Part shown: in pieces, positions 55,926 through 64,000 of the stretch | How positions within the stretch are numbered: position 1 is the first letter of the stretch | How the letters are laid out: each line of letters begins with the position of its first letter | Assembly (NCBI GenBank): GCA_963693365.1 | Contig: CAVNZM010000014.1 | Span: 3,224,001-3,288,000, forward strand | Direction: 5' to 3' | From: Amoebidium appalachense | Taxonomy: Eukaryota > Protista > Ichthyosporea | DNA: 64,000 nt | Notes under the pieces: model-generated | What the model was told of the DNA's origin: nothing | The model's database searches: none | The model's input: the letters and a program-made list of their open reading frames with translations, nothing else | Translations under genes and position numbers: made by a program

Positions 55926-57404
55926 ACGCATGCACGCACGCACACACACACACACGCACACACGCGCACACACGCGCACTTACATGATCACACACACGCG
56001 CGCGCGCGCGCGCGAGCACCGCCACGCATGTCTACACTGTACACGTACTCACGCACGCACACATGTCTAATAATTCTAGAGATCGCAAGATCTCAGCCAA
56101 AACAAACAAGCGCAGGGCTAGCCTATGCCCCAACCAGCGCTTGCTAGAACAAGCTGGTCTCGCCCACACGAACGTTTTGCTCACCATAGTTTTAAACGGG
56201 TGACAGCCCAATTATGCATGAAATGTTACGGCGCATTCTGTGTCGTGGTACTTTATTGGGCTGTGGCTGTAACTTACGCTACGCGCCACCTACCTGCCTA
56301 CGTCCATTTTTGCTGGAGTTCTTTCACACACGACGCGGCCATGCAGATACGAGAAGAATGGAGAAGTTCGCCGTCATGAACTATGGGGTTTACGCACTAT
56401 TTATAACTATGCGTGTACACTTCCACGTGCGACTGTGGCCTCAACACTGTGAGCACCCGTATGACCAATTGCATGTCTACTCTGGCGAGTCCATTTCTCA
56501 ACCGGGTATGAGTTGGCACGTGATCAGTCGGCCGCGGAGGGGATGTTTATATCGCCTTGGAACTTAAAGAGCTACCTCAAAAGGTAGCAGGCGTGTACAT
56601 ATTTCACAACTTATTTGGTGTACTATTATGTATATGTGCATACTGGACTGTAACAGTATAAGATTACCATAGCACCACGCGAGCCAAACACGACGCCCCC
56701 ACGACACGCCCCACACTGCGGCCAGTGGCCCAGTGGTGGGCCACGCGCGATGTGGTTGTTTACATTGTTTCAGGATATGGGAATGCAATGGATCTGAGTT
56801 TGATCCAATCAGATTAGGGAAACGGTTTGCAAGAAGCAGTCTCTAAAGACCTTACATTCCTAAAAGGGTCCATTGAAAAGAGTTTTATCTTCTCGACCTC
56901 ACCACTCATAGATTCTGTTCCCAGCAGCACAGCGACGCATGTGATTTTGATCACTGTTTCGGCGATAGAAAAATTTTTTTATCCTTAAGATTAATAGTCA
57001 TTTCTGCTCTTTATTTTTCATTCTTCCGGTCATTTTTCTAATGGTCATAACTTCTCAGTCTAAACGTCGACGTCGTCGGCCGATTAACAGGAAATTGCCA
57101 GGGAATTCCGGCAGATCAGATAGTGTGAACTGTGAAGGCAAGGCTATAGACATCTTTAGAATTTAAAGGCTCTTAGAAATTGAATACCAACATTCATAAA
57201 ATTTATAAAATTTGCTTAAATATACATTCATGGGTACTGGTGACGCACAATGGTGAAATATGTACATCTTATCAATCATCTTTTCTCGTTTCTTTATGGC
57301 TGGCTGAGTCAAATTGTTGGGGTTAGGGAGAATCTGTTCAAGTGAACACAATAGATCTCAAGCTCACTGACTATTGGATCATATTCATCCCCGAAGTTTC
57401 AATG

Positions 57405-57465
57405 GTTTGATTGGTGAATTCATCTGAGCCCAAAATAGCGCGGGTATAATAAACACTCGAGCTCG
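57405..57465 (+). promoter_or_regulatory. CCAAT + TATA-like promoter of PDZ paralog 1
   Basis: TGATTGG at ~57408, then GGTATAATAAACACTCGAG. Possible 5'UTR intron 57555-57662 (CAG|GTATTC...TTTTAG). Confidence 0.4.
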
Positions 57466-57773
57466 CCAATGTTGCCAGTTGGTGTACTGTACCGTGCGAC
57501 ATAAAAGTGTACAGATGCACAACAATATAGATAGGCCGTGATATATCCCCGCAGGTATTCCTTCTCTTTAATAAGTCGCCTTATTACTCACATGCACAAT
57601 AACTAGTTTACGTGAAATAACGTGAAACCAAGAAACTCACAACTCCAAACACTCCATTTTAGGTACCTTCGCCTCCTTCGCTATCCACACAGTGTACATG
57701 CCGTTGTAATTAGCTTGATCATTATTACCTGGATTGCAGTTTACACAAAGCCTACATAGGCACATCAGTGAAG

Positions 57774-58860
57774 ATGGCATCGGTATCATCCCCATCACAA
57801 GTAGCGAACTGGAGTATGGCGAAACCTTTAGGTTTCACCCCGTTTTCAAGCACACCACACGATTGTGTTGAGTTGCGTGAAGACGTATTATACACAGCAA
57901 GACGCACCACAGTCCCTGATGTACACTCACACCTCCACCATTTGCACGGGGAAACATATGGTGCTTTTAGACGTGCATCTGAGCCGACTGAGACAATCAC
58001 ACAGGTAGCCGTCCTGCCACGAAACACAAACTCAGTTCCTCCCAAGGCGAAAACAATGCCACCACCACGGCCGCGCAGGAGAACATCGTTAACGGAAAAC
58101 CTCAAGTCCAGCTTGGTTGATGCGTGCAGAAAGGGGCTCCGTGCAGCTCTTAATGCACCCGAGCTTGGGGCTTCGAATTCCTTTAACGTCACCTGCCGCA
58201 CGGTGACTCCTTCTTTCCCGTCGTTGTTGGAATTCAACCACGAAGATTCATTTTTCGTGAAGAAGCCCATGAAGAGAGAGATTGTCATTCCGCGCCGAAT
58301 CACAGACCAGCAAAATGGGCGCCACCTAGGGGTTCGCCTCGCGGCCATCCGCGGGAAAGTCTATGTCGTATACGTAACACAACACTCTCTCGCATGGCAT
58401 CTCGGTCTTCACGCCGGCGACAGGATTGAATCGCTCAACGGCGAGGCGGTGAAAGATCCCAAGGTTTTCGTGGAACGGTTTAAGAAACTGCGAGCTAGCC
58501 GAGGGAACCACGGTATCACCATGACCGTGTACGATTCCCCCGGAGGAACGTGTGAGAGTCCGTGGGCAGCGAAAGACTCGGCTGGGGATCAGGTATAGCG
58601 ACTGGAGAATTCAGAGCGTTGTGGACGGGTCAGCCGGGCATAGGGCAGGGTTGAAAGGGTTAATCGAAACTCACACCATCATTTCTATCGACGGAATAAG
58701 TGTTTTGGGCGTTCCGAATGATGAGGTGTGCCGGATTCTGAAGAGGGTGTGGGAGGGGAAGTGGGATCTGAAACTGGTTTTCGTTCCGTGCGATATCGCG
58801 TACGAGATGGCGATTGCGATTAATGATGTGGAACCTCCCCTTCACCGTGGGCCGCAGTAA
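57774..58860 (+). CDS. Tandem-PDZ (syntenin-like) protein, paralog 1; one apparent +1 frameshift
   Basis: ORF 57768-58598 has PDZ1 (HLGVRLAAIRGKVYVVYVTQHSLAWHLGLHAGDRIESLNGE). ORF 58552-58860 has PDZ2 (LGIRY..IQSVVDGSAGHRAGL..IISIDG..FVPCDIA). Removing one C from 58537-58541 fuses them (DSPEERVRV), colinear with paralog 2 (DCPIERVEV). Confidence 0.8.
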
Positions 58861-60083
58861 TTATTACCGTGACTTGGAAGTGGGGATGTGGTTTAAACGG
58901 TGTTGTCCTATCGTGCATGAATAGGCACGAAATTTTTGTTTTAAAAACAGGAGCACAAATACATGCACACAACACCTACAAGCACACACACACACACACA
59001 GACACACACAGAGACACACACACACACACAGTTAAACGTTGTATATAGTCAAAAGCAGTGCACTGAATTACCCTTTTGTACGTGCAACATTCGTGCGTAA
59101 GCACACATCCATGCCCTTAGTCATAAACATGCTGTAGCCAATGGGAATTAGCATGTGTTATTCGTCACTTTTTTAATGGAACCTTTCCCACAAACACAGC
59201 CCAGTCTTATGCTGTGACTTTTTTTAGTGTTTGTGTTTTAGAATTTTTTATTATTATTACATTACTTAAATCGGTACTGGCAGGTCCACCGAACCTTTTA
59301 GATCATATAGGCCTACTCCATACCTGTGTTTTATTAATCTGGTTTAAGTGCGCGTGTAAAATACTGGTGCCAACCCGCCGACAAGTTGTGGTTGCAGTTT
59401 CGAGCCCAAAACATTAGATTTAGCTAGTTAACTTGCTAGCTACATAATGTATATAATCGTAGAGAGATGTTTGTGTTTGTGTATTGTAAAAGTAAAGAAG
59501 GTCTGATCTGTTTTCAAAACCAACTTGCGAGAAGTGAAGGCTCATGGATGCCACTGAGCACATCAACGATATACGGATTACGGTGGGGGATAAGGTAGGA
59601 AGGGGGGGGGGGGCCCTTGAAAGGTGGCAGGGTGTGGTAGGGTGCGGGTGTCACTGTGTGTGTGTGTGTGTTTGGGGGGGTGGGGCAGGGGGAGGGGGGG
59701 GGGGGGGGGGGGTTCTGGAGCTGAGAGGAACGGATGCCAGTGTTGGCTCGAGGTGTTGCAGGAGTGACGCGGGAGGAAGGGGAGGGGGGGAGGGGAGGGG
59801 GGTACGTGGTGGTGGCGGGAGGGGGGGGGTTCAGGTACCGTCACCCGCATTTAAGGTTTTGGAAGTATACACACAAAAGCCTTCGATCAATACGGTTAGT
59901 TCTAGTATCATCGGAAGTCGATCTTTCCCATTCGTGTACATGCCTGCAATAATGAACTCTATCATGATATAAAATATGACCTTTCAAGCGGGGGGAAAGG
60001 ACTGGGGATTTATCTTGCTCTCAATACGGTCATCAGTGAGGCACAAAAATGTTTGCGGTTCATGCATGTGGCGACAGCCTCGA

Positions 60084-60188
<105 letters not shown>

Positions 60189-60269
60189 TGTGTGTACAGC
60201 TGGAGAAGGAGGCCCTGTGCTTGCAGAATAACGTGGCTTCGTTGGGTGAGCCTGTGAGCCTGAGTGTGT

Positions 60270-60357
<88 letters not shown>

Positions 60358-60358
60358 C

Positions 60359-60395
<37 letters not shown>

Positions 60396-60534
60396 CATAT
60401 GTATGTGTGTGTACATGTGACTGTGATGTGTATATGTGTGTGTATGTGTGTGCGCGCGCGCGCGTGTGTGTCACATGTTTGTGTTTGTACATGTGACTGT
60501 GATGTGTGTGTATGTGTGTGTGACTATGACATTG

Positions 60535-60569
<35 letters not shown>

Positions 60570-60639
60570 GTCTGTCCGCGCGCGCGTAGGCTGCAGTGTA
60601 TGTGTCTTGTGCATTTGTGTGTGACTGTGTTGTGTGTGC

Positions 60640-60704
<65 letters not shown>

Positions 60705-60852
60705 TGTGTGTGACTTCATGACATTGTGTGCGTGTGTGTGCGCGCGTGTGCGGCATTGTGTGTATGTACGTGTGTTTATGTGAACATTGTATGTGTGCGT
60801 GTGTGTGTGTGTGTGTGCGCGCGCGCGCGCGCGTGTGTGTTTGTGCATGTGC

Positions 60853-60884
<32 letters not shown>

Positions 60885-61299
60885 TGTGCTTTCGTATGTA
60901 TGCGCCTGTGTTGTGCGTATGTGTGTGTGTGTTGTGGGTGAGGAGCGTCTACTACCGGCTAATTTGCGTGTGTGTGCTCCACGTGCTCCACCCACTCTCC
61001 TCTGTCCAAATAGTACATGTGCGGCCACGCGTATCTGACGTGTGATATGATTGTACACGCGCTCGAGATTCCCTTTTGCAAAAAGAGCCAAAAACAATTG
61101 CATGAGGTGATTGTATAAGATTGTATAACCATGCACAATGAATGGATGGTTTAGCTGGTGAATAGCAGGAAAGGCACGTAAGTGAGGCTCAGTGCAACAA
61201 CCTTTTTACCTGTGCAGGCCAGTGCACGGTAGCGTGGCCCCGCCAGAACGGGCAGGGGCTGATGTATTTTTAGAACTATTTGAGAATTAAGCTTCAGCG

Positions 61300-61420
61300 A
61301 TCTGATTGGTGCAAATGTCATTCAATTTGATTGGTTCAGAGCACTTACACCAATCAGAATGCAAAACCAATCAATAATGTGAATCTTGAACTGCCGTGAG
61401 GTATATAATAGCAGTCGAGG
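61300..61420 (+). promoter_or_regulatory. CCAAT cluster + TATA promoter of PDZ paralog 2
   Basis: Four CCAAT/ATTGG motifs in 61303-61373, then GGTATATAATAGCAGTCGAG, similar to the paralog 1 motif. Confidence 0.5.
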
Positions 61421-61556
61421 CCATTTCCACGTCGTGTGTTGCTTCAGTGCTTCAACCAAATCTGACAAAACAAAACATCGCCAAAACCAAGATACAGTAA
61501 ACAGAAAACCACAGCTAATAATACCTTCAGCGTATATATATCACCTCCTTTAAAGA

Positions 61557-62180
61557 ATGTATTCCCACGAGGTCGAGCCGATATACCCATCATTCATTGA
61601 AGCGGTTGCATCCTCCCCCAAGAAACCCACCAAGCGAGAGCTTGAATTCAACCACCGCTTCGGAAAGTCCCTTGGCGTTCGCCTGTGCTCTTTGCGCGGG
61701 AGGGTATACGTCACAGACGTCTACGTCGGATGCACGGGGTGGAGACTAGGGCTCTGTCCTGGGGACAGAATCGAGGCGGTGAACGGGGAGACTATGAAGG
61801 ACGCGAGGGTTTTCGTACGCAAGTATCATAGCACAGACGGTCCACTCACCCTCGTTGTTTGGGATTGTCCCATCGAGCGTGTTGAGGTGCGCGCGGGGGG
61901 CCAGGGAAAAGAAGATTCAAACATGGCGCTTGGAATTATTTATAGCAAGAGAAGAGTGCAGGAAGTGATTGAGGGGACTGCTGCTCACAAGTGTAACATT
62001 GGAGGTTTGAAAGGCACGCACAGCATTATCTTGATAAACGGGAAGTCTGTGTGGGCGTGGACGGATGACGAGGTGAATATGGAGCTGAGCAAGAGGTGGC
62101 GCCGGTCGCAGAGCCTCAAACTGGAGTTTGCTCCCTGTGATATCGCGCAGGCTGTGCACACGAACACAAGGAAGAATTAG
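61557..62180 (+). CDS. Tandem-PDZ (syntenin-like) protein, paralog 2, 207 aa, single coding exon
   Basis: Intact ORF: YPSF..KKPTKRE..SLGVRLCSLRGRVYVTDV..LGLCPGDRIEAVNGE..LGIIY..VQEVIEGTAAHK..IILINGKSV..FAPCDIA. Aligns over its whole length to 57774-58860. Confidence 0.85.
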   Translation: MYSHEVEPIYPSFIEAVASSPKKPTKRELEFNHRFGKSLGVRLCSLRGRVYVTDVYVGCTGWRLGLCPGDRIEAVNGETMKDARVFVRKYHSTDGPLTLVVWDCPIERVEVRAGGQGKEDSNMALGIIYSKRRVQEVIEGTAAHKCNIGGLKGTHSIILINGKSVWAWTDDEVNMELSKRWRRSQSLKLEFAPCDIAQAVHTNTRKN

Positions 62181-62553
62181 TTCGTGTCAACTCTGAGGGT
62201 CTCACTCTGCTATCTATTTTTGTATTTAGAGTCATTCTTCAGGCTGCACCGTTATCTTAAAAAACATAGCTGGGTACAGCAAGTGTAGGGATGTTTTTGC
62301 GAATATTTATACTTTTGATTGTATGACTTGATCATGATGACCAGTTTGTGTATAATGACAGTAGTTTTAGGCTAAATAAATCATTTTGTGCACCGAATGT
62401 GTCTAAATCAATCATGTAGGTTCGAATGCGAGTATCGGATTGTGGCGATAAAAAAAAGAAAAAATCAGTTACTAACTTCACCAATATGCATAACTTTTAA
62501 AGTACACGAATGCAACTTGTACAAATTTGAGAATGTTGTTTATGGAGGTAGCT

Positions 62554-62586
<33 letters not shown>

Positions 62587-63193
62587 GGGGTGAGGGGGGG
62601 GGGGGGGGGGAGGAGGAGGGGGTGAGAGGGGGGAGGGGAGAGGAGAGGGAAGGGGGGGGGGGGGAGGGGAGGGGAGGGGGGGGGGGGGGGGCTATTATAT
62701 GTTTTTTACGCTTTTAGAACTTTACCCGTTTATTAGGCTTCACGGGCCGAGGCTCTAAACTCTTTTAAACGTTTAACTCGTATATTTCAAATAAATAAAA
62801 CAAAAACATAGCCAACATAACGACGTACACGACCCTTGAAGCCCCCATACATTTACCGGATGAACAGGCTCGCTCCATTCTGCATATAAAAACTATGGCT
62901 CTCCGAGATAACAGCTACCAATTTTTCGAGTTTTTCACGTTTTGTTAATGAACTATTTCCTGCCGCATTGCTTTGGCCGGGGACCATAAGAATACAGCTA
63001 AGAAAAAGGCATTATGGTGTTGGACGCACAAAGAAATGGTCCCGGGGAAAACATTTCTACTCATCCCCCGCACCAAACAGTGCTATTCTGCACGAGCCCC
63101 CGAAGCGCAGACTACTACTAAGGCAGACACAAAAAAAAACTTCACTCATGACAACAACAGCCCCCCCCCCCCCCCCCCCCCCCCAAACACGCG

Positions 63194-63575
<382 letters not shown>

Positions 63576-63717
63576 CCGCGCACACACACACAAGCATACA
63601 CACACTTGCCCTGCCTACACACACCGTTGTATACACGATGCACAGGGACATAGCATGCACGAAGGAAGCCCCGCACAGTGACGAACGAACGCATGCACGA
63701 ACACACGCACACACACA

Positions 63718-63748
<31 letters not shown>

Positions 63749-64000
63749 GCTCACACTCACATACACACTCACACACGCATGGACACACGCATGCACACAC
63801 ACTTCATTCATACATACATATGCATGCACACAAACACATGCACGTGCACGGGCCCAGCGCACAAGTACACATGCACATAAAAAATATGCAACGCACATGC
63901 ACACTCAAGTACACGTACCGACCAGGCCATTCGGGAGTGCAGGCACGGGCAACGTGTCGCAACACAAATTTGCACACAATGATGCGTGCAGACACTCGCA

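Overview
Eukaryotic nuclear DNA with spliceosomal introns that are packed with poly-G/poly-C and (CA/GT)n, (CT/GA)n microsatellites, so almost all of the supplied ORF track is low-complexity noise. A unicellular holozoan such as an ichthyosporean is a tentative guess from the animal-like MAU2 and syntenin-like PDZ genes. Splicing by hand gives these genes: a 12-exon TLC/NTT-family MFS transporter (+, 2508-15197); a 5-exon RRM + zinc-knuckle SR splicing factor (-, 17959-22124) head-to-head with a 16-exon MAU2/Scc4 cohesin loader (+, 23291-38656); a large secreted protein made of two Cys-patterned modules, each ending in a polybasic furin-type site (+, ~43687-54296); and two tandem-PDZ paralogs with uninterrupted coding sequence (+, 57774-58860 and 61557-62180). 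There are two non-autonomous DNA transposons (one piggyBac-like with TTAA, one TA-flanked MITE). The most unusual features are a structured ~210-nt element found four times in C-runs inside the transporter introns, repeated degenerate copies of splice junctions next to real exons, the ZP-like architecture of the secreted protein, and two +1 frameshifts at TCC-CCC runs (probably assembly error). All calls come from reading the sequence by eye, with no database searches.
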